A DNA stretch of 64,000 nt, taken from NCBI GenBank assembly GCA_965224245.1, contig OZ245046.1, positions 3,120,484-3,184,483 on the forward strand, in the 5' to 3' direction. The DNA comes from Candidatus Eiseniibacteriota bacterium. Its GTDB lineage: Bacteria; Eisenbacteria; RBG-16-71-46; CAZAMP01. The notes under the pieces are model-generated. The model was not told the DNA's origin and made no database searches. It saw only the letters and a list, made by a program, of their open reading frames with translations. Below, one piece after another: positions 37,161-46,420 of the stretch. A program made the position numbers and the translations under genes. Within the stretch, counting starts at the first letter, position 1; each line of letters opens with the position of its first letter.

Positions 37161-39977
37161 ATGAACCGGCACGTCCGCTGGCTGCTCCTCTCGGCCATGC
37201 TCGTCCCGATCCGATCCGCCTCGGCGGACGAGTCCACGCTGCGCCTCGGGGGCCGGGTTCCCGCCGTCGACCGTCTCCTCGCTCACGTGACGTCGGAGTC
37301 CGTCGACGAGCCGGCGACGATCGACGTCGTCGTCTTCTGGGCCTCCTGGTGTCCCAACAGCCGCGACGTGCTCACGCAGCTCGACGCCCGTCGGGCGGAG
37401 CTGTCGGGCGCACGGATCCTGGCGGTGGCCACCGAGCCCGAGTCCGTCGTTCGCACCTTTCTCTCGACGGCCCCGTGGTCACGGCTCGACGTGACCGTCG
37501 ACGACGATGGCGTCCTTCGCCGAACACTGATGGACGCCGCCGGCCACGACGGACCACTGCCGTTCGGCTTCGTCATCGAGCGCGCGGAGTCCCGTCTCCT
37601 GTGGCACGGTCCGCTCCGCCGGCCCGACGATCCCGATCCCGACGAGGCCTTTCTCGACGTGATCGAGCGGGTGCTCTCGGGTCGCTACGACCTCGACGCC
37701 GCCATCTCCGACGCGGAGCGTCGGGCGGCGTTCCGCGATGCGATCGCGTCCCTCGAACAGGCTCACGAGGCATCCGACGTCGACGCCGCGGTCGAGGCTC
37801 TTCGCGGCGCGTTCCCGGCGCCGCCGCGCGACCTCTCGCGCGAGGCCATCTCGGCGCTGAACGGCGTCGCCTGGAGCCTCGTCACCTCCGAGGGGCGATC
37901 GCCCGAGGATGTTGCCGCGGGGCTCCGCGCCATCGAGCTGGCGATGAGGTTCGGCGCCGACTCCGATCCGCTCGTCATCGACACCCATGCCCGCGCGGTG
38001 TACGAGACGGGCGATCTCTCACGGGCACACGAGATCCAGAGTCGAGCGGTCGCGCTGTCGCGCGGGCAGCCGGTCGAGGCCGAGCTCTCGGCCACGTTGC
38101 GGGCCTATGCCGCCGAGCTTGGGCTGGAGCCCGATCCCCCGAGCGCGACGCCGGAGACTCCCGAGGCACCGTCAGCGTGGACGGGCTCCATCAACCTCGT
38201 GTTCGACGCGTTCGAGAAAGCGACGTCGATGACGATCGTTCGTCCGGCCCCCGGGGATTCCACCGAACGCGCGGCCTGGGACGAGGAGATCCAGGCCCTG
38301 ACGTCGCGGCTCTTCGACGGCGTCCCGGTCACCGGAGCCGCCGAGCTGTCCATGGTCGATCGCGAGGAGCGCGTGCTCGTCCTCTACGGAACACCCGGAT
38401 CGAACCCGGTGATGCGTGAGGTGCTCGATCATCATGGCATCGTGCTGGAGGCGGACCACGTCTCGTTCGGGGATCAGACCGTTCACGCCCCGTCGGCGTC
38501 GCTGATCGCGGCACTGCCCTCGCCGTGGAACCGAACACTTCCGCTCGTTCTCTATGCGGGTCATGCCGACTCCGCCGCGCACGGGCTCAACCGGATCTTC
38601 CACGGTCCGACGGCCGTGTTCGTGGGCTCCGGCGCGTCCGGGCGTCCGGGTGCCGTCCTGTCCGCGAACGTCACGCTCGATGCCGACGGCCGGGTGACCG
38701 CCCTCGCCATCGGTCCGCGAACGCTGTCCGCCGGCGAGGCGATCGCGGATCTCGCACAGCTCCACGAGCTCCTTCGGGCCAGCTACGCGGGGTACGACGA
38801 CATCGCCTGGCAGCTGCGCTCCGCCGGCTCCTCCTGGACGGCCCGCACCGACACCTTCCGAGAGGACCTCGCCACGCGCGATCGCTGGAGCTGGACCGAG
38901 GTGTTCGACCGGCTCGAGGCCTATCTCGACCCCGTGCAGGACTATCACTTCCACATGCGCGGCACCGGCGATTCCGACCGCGGCGTGGTCGAGCGGGATG
39001 CGCATCGGGTCCGCTCGTTCGTCGCCCGGTTCACGGACCTCCGGGTCCACGTGGTGGATGGCACGGCCCGCGTCGCGGTCGCTCCCGACTCGCTCGCCGC
39101 CGTCATCGGATCGACGCTGCCGGACGTGGAGGTGGTGGGAACGCCGATCGAGGTCGCGCCTCTTCGGCCCTATCTGTTCCCCACGCTCCCCGCCCCGGGA
39201 GAGCCCGACGACGCGACCTTCCTGCTCGGCGTGCTGGCTCCGGTCGAGGAGGATCCGCCGGCGACGGTAGAGGTCGCGCTCTCCCGCGAGGGCGACGCCC
39301 AATCGTGGGCGATCCCCCTGCATCGCGGTCGCGTGCGCTTGCCGCGGCAGCGCACCGCCTGGAGCGTCCAGGTTCCCCCGGATGCCCCGCTGCCGACGCT
39401 CTCGGTGCGCACGATGCACGCTCCGAGCCTGGCCGGGCTTCCCGGATCCGCCGACTCGCTGCGCGTGCTGTCCGAGCTCGTGCTCGACCTCCGCGCGAAC
39501 GGTGGCGGATCGGATACCCCCGCCATGCAGTGGTGCTCCCGCCTCAGCGGGCAGCCGTTCCGCTGGGAGTGCGGCGCGTCGATGAACGTGGCCGAGCCGG
39601 ACCCCCGACGGCGCTGGACGTCTCACCTGGACGGCTGGCTCACTGGCATCGAGCCACGGGCCCCCGAGCCGTACGGCGGCCGGCTCCTCGTGATCATCGA
39701 CAACGGGGTCGCCTCGTCGGGTGAGACGTTCGCGATGCTGGCCGGTCAGATCGAGGGAGCCGTGATCGTGGGCGAGAACACCGCGGGCTGCACGAGCTAC
39801 GGCAACGTGGGCACCCATGGCCCGCTCGCGAACAGCCGGATCTCGCTCTCGTTCGGGCGAACCCGGTTCGTTCCCGAGTGCATCCGCCCCACGCGCGAGG
39901 GCGTGGGGATGTTCCCCGACTACTGGCTCGACGATCCCCGACCCCTCGAGGCGCTGGCGCGCCGACCGCCGCGCTGA
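37161..39977 (+). CDS. Secreted fusion of a thioredoxin-like (CxxS) domain with an S41 C-terminal processing peptidase-like domain
   Basis: GGAG precedes ATG 37161, and MNRHVRWLLLSAMLVPIRSASAD is a signal peptide. The thioredoxin-like motif is VVVFWASWCPNSRDV, in which the second Cys of CxxC is Ser. The S41 motifs are LVLDLRANGGGSD and IIDNGVASSGETFAMLAG. Confidence 0.65.
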   Translation: MNRHVRWLLLSAMLVPIRSASADESTLRLGGRVPAVDRLLAHVTSESVDEPATIDVVVFWASWCPNSRDVLTQLDARRAELSGARILAVATEPESVVRTFLSTAPWSRLDVTVDDDGVLRRTLMDAAGHDGPLPFGFVIERAESRLLWHGPLRRPDDPDPDEAFLDVIERVLSGRYDLDAAISDAERRAAFRDAIASLEQAHEASDVDAAVEALRGAFPAPPRDLSREAISALNGVAWSLVTSEGRSPEDVAAGLRAIELAMRFGADSDPLVIDTHARAVYETGDLSRAHEIQSRAVALSRGQPVEAELSATLRAYAAELGLEPDPPSATPETPEAPSAWTGSINLVFDAFEKATSMTIVRPAPGDSTERAAWDEEIQALTSRLFDGVPVTGAAELSMVDREERVLVLYGTPGSNPVMREVLDHHGIVLEADHVSFGDQTVHAPSASLIAALPSPWNRTLPLVLYAGHADSAAHGLNRIFHGPTAVFVGSGASGRPGAVLSANVTLDADGRVTALAIGPRTLSAGEAIADLAQLHELLRASYAGYDDIAWQLRSAGSSWTARTDTFREDLATRDRWSWTEVFDRLEAYLDPVQDYHFHMRGTGDSDRGVVERDAHRVRSFVARFTDLRVHVVDGTARVAVAPDSLAAVIGSTLPDVEVVGTPIEVAPLRPYLFPTLPAPGEPDDATFLLGVLAPVEEDPPATVEVALSREGDAQSWAIPLHRGRVRLPRQRTAWSVQVPPDAPLPTLSVRTMHAPSLAGLPGSADSLRVLSELVLDLRANGGGSDTPAMQWCSRLSGQPFRWECGASMNVAEPDPRRRWTSHLDGWLTGIEPRAPEPYGGRLLVIIDNGVASSGETFAMLAGQIEGAVIVGENTAGCTSYGNVGTHGPLANSRISLSFGRTRFVPECIRPTREGVGMFPDYWLDDPRPLEALARRPPR

Positions 39978-40115
39978 CGACGGGCAATGGCGCGCCAGAC
40001 ACGGAGGCCCACCGGCATCCGCCGACTCCGGGCCGACCGGCGATGCGCGTTCAAACCCTTCCACCACCCGCAACGTCTCACCGATCGGTGGCATTTGGTG
40101 GAGGAGGGTCTGCCC

Positions 40116-41345
40116 GTGGCCTCGTCGGTCCTTACACGCATCGTGCTCGTCGGAGTCGTCGTGCTGAGCGGTCGGTCCGCCGCGGCGGACTCCTCCGGGA
40201 GTGAGCTCTCGCCGGAACGACTCGACCCCGTCCAGCGCCTGCTGGAGACCGCCGTCAACGACGGGCGCATCACCGCGGCCGTCGCGCTGGTCGCTCGCGA
40301 TGACGAGGTGATCTGGCGGGGAGTCGCCGGCGAGATGTCTCCCGGGGTTCCCATGCGCGCGGACGCCATCCTCCCGCTCGCGTCGGTGGGGAAGATGTTC
40401 ACCGCGACCGCCGCGATGATCCTCGTCGAACGGGGCGTGATCGCTCTCGACGATCCCGTGAGCACGTACATCCCGGAGCTCGCGAACGTGAGGATCGAGA
40501 CCGGAGGCGAGAGCGGCGGGACATCCGTCGTTGCGCCCGAACGCCCGATCACCGTGTACCACCTGCTCACGCACACGGGCGGCCTCTCGGTGACCGGCGA
40601 CGCGTTCTGGGCGGACTGGGACGCCAACGTGGGCAAGACCACGACGACACACCTCGCCCGGGCGCTGGCCGCGCGACCGCTGTTCGCGGCGCCCGGAGAC
40701 GCGTTCATGTATGGGCCCACCGGTGCGTCGTACGAGGTGCTCGGGGCGGTCATCGAGATCGCCAGTGGGCGGTCGCTCGAGGCGTTCATGACCGAGAACG
40801 TCTTCGAGCCGCTCGGTCTGTCCGACAGCTACTTCTACCTGCCGGAGGAGAAGTCGAATCGACTGCCCGCCGTCTACCGGAGAGTCGACGGCGCCTTGCA
40901 GCTGGACCGAGCGGCCGGCCGGGACTTCCCGCGCTCGACGTTCTTCCACGGCGGCGGAGGTGTGCGTTCCTCACCCGACGACGTCTTTCACTTCGCGCGG
41001 CTCTTCCTGGACGAGGGATCGGTGGACGGCGTGCGGATTCTCGAGCCCGCGAGCGTCGAGATGATGATGACGGACCAGCTCGGAGACCTGGCACCCGACG
41101 AGTGGCGAGCGCTCGGCCTCAGCTGGGGATACGGAGCGGCCGTGAAGGTCTCGGAAAGCGCCGATGGCTCGCCCGTGGTCGAGCAGTACGGCTGGGTCGG
41201 CGGCGGGTTCGCCAAGCTCTGGATCGACCCGCGCGAACGCCTGATCGCGTACCTGAACGTCCCGCTGATGCCCCCCGGGGACAAAGCGCTCCTGGACGCG
41301 TTCGAGGAGCGGGTGTACGCCGCCCTGGCGCCCCGGCCCCGGTAG
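40116..41345 (+). CDS. Beta-lactamase-family (class C / PBP4-like) serine hydrolase, secreted
   Basis: A GTG start sits 6 nt after GGAGGAGGG, and the signal peptide is VASSVLTRIVLVGVVVLSGRSAAAD. The SxxK motif is intact (LPLASVGKMFTATA). The HTGG motif is HLLTHTGGL. Confidence 0.7.
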   Translation: MASSVLTRIVLVGVVVLSGRSAAADSSGSELSPERLDPVQRLLETAVNDGRITAAVALVARDDEVIWRGVAGEMSPGVPMRADAILPLASVGKMFTATAAMILVERGVIALDDPVSTYIPELANVRIETGGESGGTSVVAPERPITVYHLLTHTGGLSVTGDAFWADWDANVGKTTTTHLARALAARPLFAAPGDAFMYGPTGASYEVLGAVIEIASGRSLEAFMTENVFEPLGLSDSYFYLPEEKSNRLPAVYRRVDGALQLDRAAGRDFPRSTFFHGGGGVRSSPDDVFHFARLFLDEGSVDGVRILEPASVEMMMTDQLGDLAPDEWRALGLSWGYGAAVKVSESADGSPVVEQYGWVGGGFAKLWIDPRERLIAYLNVPLMPPGDKALLDAFEERVYAALAPRPR

Positions 41346-41538
41346 CGGAGCGGCACATGCGGGACGGTCGCCCGCCGGCAAGGAGACGGTCCGGCTGCCG
41401 GCGGCGGCGCGTGTATCACCTCGCGAGCGCGCGGGGTCTGCCCTCGAAACGTCCTCATCGGCGCGCCGGCACGCAACGGAGATCCACGCGACGTCCCGAG
41501 GCGACCGGCGCTCGAGCCCGTACGTCAGGAGGTACGCC

Positions 41539-43392
41539 GTGCTCCGTGCGCTCCTCGTCACCTCCGGGGCGCTCGCGTTCGGATCCGCCCCGCTCCGGGC
41601 CGCGCCCGATCTCCGCACGATCCTGGTCACCGGCGATCCGGTTCCCGGCGGTCCCGAAGGGGAGACGATCCGGTGGATCGGCAGCCCGCCCTCCACCGGA
41701 GACGCGCTGGCCATCACCGGCGACCGGGGCGACGTGGGGTTCGTCGCGGGCTGGGGCGCCAGCGTGTTCGAGCCTCACGGCGTGTTCGTGGACGAAGGTG
41801 GCCTCGTGCGGCGGATCGCGGAGCGCGGGGAGATGGCCCCGGGGACCGCCGTCCCGTTCGACTTCTTCCCGGGGATCTTTCCCGCGTCGCCTCACCCGAG
41901 CGGCGGGCGGGTTGCCTTTGCCGGTGGAGTCACACCCGACACGACGCCGATCTCGGGGCTCTGGTCGGACCGGACCGGCTCCCTCGAGCTCGTCTTCCTC
42001 GACACCGATCATCCCCCGGACACGCCACCGGGGTACGGATTCTTCCAGTGGGTGCACGCGCTGCGCGGCGACGCCATCGTGGTCAACGCGCGGTACGGAA
42101 CACACATCAACGAGCACGGCTTCTGGCGTGATCCCGGGACCGGCTTCGAGACGATCGCGCTCACGATGACCCATGCACCGGGGACGCCCGAAGGCGTGGT
42201 GTTCGGCAACGGGACCGAGCTGGCGCTCGGCGCCTTCCAGAACTGGGACCTCGACGACGCCGCGCGGATCGCGTTCCACGCGATGATCATGGGATCGGGC
42301 GTGGGTGACCTGAACGACGAGGGGATCTGGTCGGAAGGGGCGGCGGGACTCTCGCTGCTCGCGCGCGAAGGCGACCCCGCGCCCGGAGATCCCGGCGCGG
42401 TCTACCTCGGCTATCAGGGCTTTCGAACCTTCGGTCACGGCAACGTCCCCGGCGTCCTGCGTTCCGGTACGGGTTACACCGTCTTCGGCGCACAGACCGA
42501 CGTGCCCGGCAACACCTACCCCGGTGCCGGGATCTACAGCGATCGCACCGGTACCGTCGAGCGCATCGCGCTGGGACGTCCCGCGGCGGAATCGCCCGAC
42601 GGCGAGGAGGCGCCGGGCTTTCCCGCCGGCGTGACGTTCACCACGTTCCTGGCCGCGCGCATCACGGATGCCGGCGTGGTCGCCATCAACGGCGGGACGA
42701 CGTCGGGCGCGCTCGCGATCTGGTGGGATCTCCACGGCGCGCTCGAGCGCGTGGTCACGACCGGCGACGGAGCCACGGGCCTCCCGGCGGGCTGGACGCT
42801 CACGCTGCCGGTCCTGATCGGGGTCACGGATCCGGGCTACATGTACGTGTCCTCGAGCCTCGACACTCCTTCAGGCACGCGCGCGGGGGTCTTCCTCGTC
42901 CTCCCGACCGGCGAGGTGCAGCTCGTCGCGGCGACCGGACTGGGCTACGAGGTGCGCCCGGGCGACGTTCGGACCGTGGGCACCATCAATCGTGGAGCCG
43001 GGATCGGAGACGGGGGCCAGATCACGCTCGAGCTCGAGTTCGGCGATGGGAGCGAGGCGTTGATCCAGGCGGCTCCTTCGGAGGTCGTAGCGGTGTCGGA
43101 CGGAACGCCGAGCGCTCGAAGAGTCCCGGTGAGCGTGTACCCGAATCCGTTCCGTTTCGAGTCGGTGATCACGATCCGCGGCGAAGGAGCCGGGCCGCTG
43201 GTCATCGCGGTCTTCGATGCGACCGGACGCCGCGTCCGCACGCTCGAGTCGACCCCCTCGACCGAACGCGAGGTGCGAGTCTTCTGGGATGGACGCGACG
43301 ACGCGGGACGGCGGCTCTCGCCCGGCGTCTACTTCGTGCGCACGCAGCGTGGCGCGGCGGCTACGGTGACGAAGCTCATCCTCTCGCGGTGA
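41539..43392 (+). CDS. Secreted hypothetical protein with a C-terminal FlgD-Ig/T9SS-like sorting domain
   Basis: Signal peptide MLRALLVTSGALAFGSAPLRA. The tail is VSVYPNPFRFESVITIRGEGAGPLVIAVFDATGRRVRTL...GVYFVRTQ. Confidence 0.6.
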   Translation: MLRALLVTSGALAFGSAPLRAAPDLRTILVTGDPVPGGPEGETIRWIGSPPSTGDALAITGDRGDVGFVAGWGASVFEPHGVFVDEGGLVRRIAERGEMAPGTAVPFDFFPGIFPASPHPSGGRVAFAGGVTPDTTPISGLWSDRTGSLELVFLDTDHPPDTPPGYGFFQWVHALRGDAIVVNARYGTHINEHGFWRDPGTGFETIALTMTHAPGTPEGVVFGNGTELALGAFQNWDLDDAARIAFHAMIMGSGVGDLNDEGIWSEGAAGLSLLAREGDPAPGDPGAVYLGYQGFRTFGHGNVPGVLRSGTGYTVFGAQTDVPGNTYPGAGIYSDRTGTVERIALGRPAAESPDGEEAPGFPAGVTFTTFLAARITDAGVVAINGGTTSGALAIWWDLHGALERVVTTGDGATGLPAGWTLTLPVLIGVTDPGYMYVSSSLDTPSGTRAGVFLVLPTGEVQLVAATGLGYEVRPGDVRTVGTINRGAGIGDGGQITLELEFGDGSEALIQAAPSEVVAVSDGTPSARRVPVSVYPNPFRFESVITIRGEGAGPLVIAVFDATGRRVRTLESTPSTEREVRVFWDGRDDAGRRLSPGVYFVRTQRGAAATVTKLILSR

Positions 43393-43446
43393 CGCTCGAC
43401 GAGGCTCCGATCGAGTCGTCGGACTCGGTGAAGGCCACCGTCTCCG

Positions 43447-44040
43447 TCAGTCGTCGGACGGCTCCCCGTCCAGCACGTCCGCCCAGTAGCTCGACCACTC
43501 GCGCAGCATCACCCGATCGTCGAGCCTCGGCGGCAGCGAAGGCGTCCCGCGCTTCGTCAAGTAGAAGAGCCATCCGCCGAACACCGTCACCGCCAGCGCA
43601 TCCCGTCGAGCCCGTGACATCCGGCGTGCGTGGGGCTTGCGGCGCAGCCAGTCCGAGAGGGCGCGAAGAAGATCCACGCTCACGCGTCGCTCGAGGTCCT
43701 GGACCTGCGGGAGATTGCGCGTCTCGGCGATGAGATCCGCCAGTGGCGCCTGCCGCTCGGCGGCCCGCAGATAGCCTCGGGCGATCACCAGCAGCTCGGA
43801 TCGCGTGTCCTCGAGCGGAAGCACGTCCTCGAACCCCAGCTCCTTGCGACTCTCGATGATCGAGGTCTCCCCGATCTCCGCGACGAGATCGGCCTTGCTG
43901 GCGAAGTGCCTGTAGAACCCACCCGCACGCGGCGCGAGCCCCGCGGCGCGTTCGATGTCGGCGATGGACGTGCCGGCGTAGCCCTTCTCGATCATCAGCT
44001 CGAGGGCGGCCTGGCGAATGCGCTGGCGAGTGTCGCTCAT
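43447..44040 (-). CDS. TetR/AcrR-family transcriptional regulator
   Basis: The N-terminal helix-turn-helix is RIRQAALELMIEKGYAGTSIADIERAAGLAPRAGGFYRHFASKADL. The gene is 197 aa. Confidence 0.85.
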   Translation of the reverse strand: MSDTRQRIRQAALELMIEKGYAGTSIADIERAAGLAPRAGGFYRHFASKADLVAEIGETSIIESRKELGFEDVLPLEDTRSELLVIARGYLRAAERQAPLADLIAETRNLPQVQDLERRVSVDLLRALSDWLRRKPHARRMSRARRDALAVTVFGGWLFYLTKRGTPSLPPRLDDRVMLREWSSYWADVLDGEPSDD

Positions 44041-44086
44041 CGGAACGGCCTTGTCGGGATTCGTGAAACGGCGACGGCGTCCCCAC

Positions 44087-44118
44087 GTACAATAACGCTG
44101 TTATTGATAATCAATAAC
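44087..44118. promoter_or_regulatory. Composite palindromic operator between the divergent TetR and CPBP-protease genes
   Basis: CAATAAC-gct-GTTATTG overlaps the perfect 19-bp palindrome GTTATTGATAATCAATAAC. The island is AT-rich. Confidence 0.5.
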
Positions 44119-44172
44119 ACTATGTTTGTCAAGGTGACTCCGATCCCGGTCCCCTACCGAGGAGGGCTCGCG

Positions 44173-45057
44173 ATGACGTCCCGGCCTCCGAAGCTACTCG
44201 ATCTCTGGCGACGGGTTCCGCTCCCGATCCGCGCGCCCATCAACGGGCTGCTCGTGTTTCTGGTCCTCCAGGCGGGCGCGAGCTCCCTGCTCGTTCTGAA
44301 CGTGCACGCGCTCCCCCACGTGCCGTGGAGCGTCCCGATCAGCCTCTTCTACCTCTGGATCGTGTTCCGATGGCTCGGAGGGCGGTGGGCACCGTCGTCC
44401 ACGGCCGACGCGAGGCGCAACGGCCTGCGCGCACGGGGCATCGGCGCGGCCGGATGGAGAGACGTGAGTCAGGTGGTGGCGCTCCTGGTGGTGTTCATCC
44501 TCGCGGTGGCGATGCTCAACTACCGGATCATCGCCGTCCCCGAGGATCCCGACGTGCTGCCCTCCCTGCCGTGGTGGACGCTCCTCCCGATGCTGATCAT
44601 GGTGTCGATCGTGGCGGGAGTCTCCGAGGAGTCCGGCTTCCGCGGGTACATGCAGGGACCGCTGGAGAGCCGGTACGGACCCGGCCTCGCCATCACCGTG
44701 ACGGCCGTGCTGTTCTGGGTGGCACACCTGAACCACCCATCGGGCCCGGCGCGCTTCCCCTCGCTCCTGACCATCGGGATCACACTCGGGGCGCTCACGT
44801 ACGTCGTCAGGTCCATCGTGCCCGCCATCGTCGCCCATGCCGTGGCGGACACCATCGCGTTCGTGGGGAGCGCGTTCGAGATCGGCCCTCGATGGCTGTG
44901 GCACCCACCGATGCTGCGAGACTCGGGCGTCGACGGCGGACTCGTGGGTACGGCGGCGGTCGCGGTGATCACCGGTGTGGGTCTGACGATCGCGCTTCGC
45001 CGGCTCGCGGCTCCGATCCGAGCTGGCGCCATCGCTGGCTCGGGCGGTGCGATCTGA
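44173..45057 (+). CDS. CPBP-family (CAAX/Abi) intramembrane metalloprotease
   Basis: GGAGG precedes the ATG. The EExxxR motif is SEESGFRGY, FxxxH is FWVAHLNH, and the distal His is AHAVAD. It has multiple transmembrane helices and is 294 aa. Confidence 0.8.
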   Translation: MTSRPPKLLDLWRRVPLPIRAPINGLLVFLVLQAGASSLLVLNVHALPHVPWSVPISLFYLWIVFRWLGGRWAPSSTADARRNGLRARGIGAAGWRDVSQVVALLVVFILAVAMLNYRIIAVPEDPDVLPSLPWWTLLPMLIMVSIVAGVSEESGFRGYMQGPLESRYGPGLAITVTAVLFWVAHLNHPSGPARFPSLLTIGITLGALTYVVRSIVPAIVAHAVADTIAFVGSAFEIGPRWLWHPPMLRDSGVDGGLVGTAAVAVITGVGLTIALRRLAAPIRAGAIAGSGGAI

Positions 45058-45164
45058 CATGGGCGCCGGGTGGTCGTGCTCGCCGGGGCGAAGGCCACGC
45101 GGCGACAGGTCGAACCGGCACCGGGAGTCCGAGACGGTGCGGCTCGAGCCGCACCGTCACGCGG

Positions 45165-46418
45165 TCAGAAATACCGGGTGAGTCGAAGCGTCACGTGTCG
45201 GTCCCGTCGCAGCACGTCGACGAGGCCGCCCGGCTCGGTGTTCATGAACCATCTCGCCTCGACCTCCATCGTGAAGCCATGACGGAGCCGGCGCTCGGCC
45301 TCGACGAGGACGATCGTCTCGCCCGTCTCGTAGTCGACGATCGGTCCCCCGAGAATCGACGTGTCGTCGACGTCGTTCAGTGCCCAGCGAAGGCCCACGA
45401 AGACGTCGTGATCGAACGCGGTGGCGGGCGACCGGCGCCCCCGACCGTCGACCATGAGCTCTCCCACGACCCCCAGATCGGCCGGACCGGGCCCCAGACC
45501 GAAGAACGTGTGCTCGACACCCGCCACGGCCGCCGCGAACGTCTCGCCGTGCCCGGCGCGGCGGATCGCCTCGAGCTTGACGAGCCAGGGCCCGGTCGTG
45601 AGCTGCGCCTCGAGTCCGCTCTGCTCGATCAGATCGTAGTGCGGCCGGAAGAGTCCGCCGTCCGCTCCGCGCTCGGCCACGAGCCGGGGCTCGCGACTCG
45701 TGCCGGAGAAGTGCGAGAGTGCGACGTCCAGATCGCCCCGCGTGCTCGACCACCGGATCGCGACATCGGGGTGCCATCGACCCCTCGACGATTCGTAGAC
45801 GGACGGGCCGCTTACGCGAAGCGGCCCACGCAGCCTGCCGTCGGAGCCCGGGAACGTGCGCGCGCGGAAGACCGGCAGATAGAAGAAATCCACCGACCCC
45901 CACGAGCCGTCCAGCGTGAGGTTCACCATCGGCTGGCCCAGCTTGTCCTCCCCGTCGACGTCCTCCACGCCGTCCGTCTGGTTGACGACGTCCACGAGGT
46001 GACGCGCCTCCGTCACCCCCCAGAACACCTTCCCGACGCCGGCGAGCAGCGACCACCGTGACCCCGTGGTCAGCCAGCTCGCCTCTCGCAGGTCCAGATG
46101 CGTTCGCTCCGGGTCGTGTGCATCGACCCGGAGAAAGGGCCGGAGCGTGAGCACGTGAGCGCCTCGTGACCACTCGTGCACGATCTCCGGCTCCAGCTCG
46201 ACCGACGGTGAGACGCTCGCCGCGCTCTGCCCCGCGAAGCCGGGGTCCGCCGGAAACTGCCGCGTCTCCAGCGCGACCTCTCCCGTGATCTCCAGCGCCG
46301 GGGCGATGCTCGCTCCGATCAGCGCCGTCAGAGCCAGGCCCATGCCCGCTCGCGCGAGACGCGCGAGCGACGCGCCTCGCGAAGTCCGGGTCCGCTCGTC
46401 GAATGCCCTGCCGAACAT
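45165..46418 (-). CDS. Predicted outer-membrane beta-barrel protein (DUF1302-like), last gene of the MMPL operon
   Basis: A signal-like N-terminus is LALTALIGASIAPALE. Alternating amphipathic beta-strands end in the aromatic ...LRLTRYF, an OMP C-terminal signature. It starts 3 bp after the MMPL stop. Confidence 0.5.
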   Translation of the reverse strand: MFGRAFDERTRTSRGASLARLARAGMGLALTALIGASIAPALEITGEVALETRQFPADPGFAGQSAASVSPSVELEPEIVHEWSRGAHVLTLRPFLRVDAHDPERTHLDLREASWLTTGSRWSLLAGVGKVFWGVTEARHLVDVVNQTDGVEDVDGEDKLGQPMVNLTLDGSWGSVDFFYLPVFRARTFPGSDGRLRGPLRVSGPSVYESSRGRWHPDVAIRWSSTRGDLDVALSHFSGTSREPRLVAERGADGGLFRPHYDLIEQSGLEAQLTTGPWLVKLEAIRRAGHGETFAAAVAGVEHTFFGLGPGPADLGVVGELMVDGRGRRSPATAFDHDVFVGLRWALNDVDDTSILGGPIVDYETGETIVLVEAERRLRHGFTMEVEARWFMNTEPGGLVDVLRRDRHVTLRLTRYF

Positions 46419-46420
46419 GA

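Noticed and set aside
38172-40949. 925-aa minus-strand ORF
   Set aside because: It is antisense to the Trx-S41 and beta-lactamase-family genes, with Arg/Gly/Pro-biased composition.
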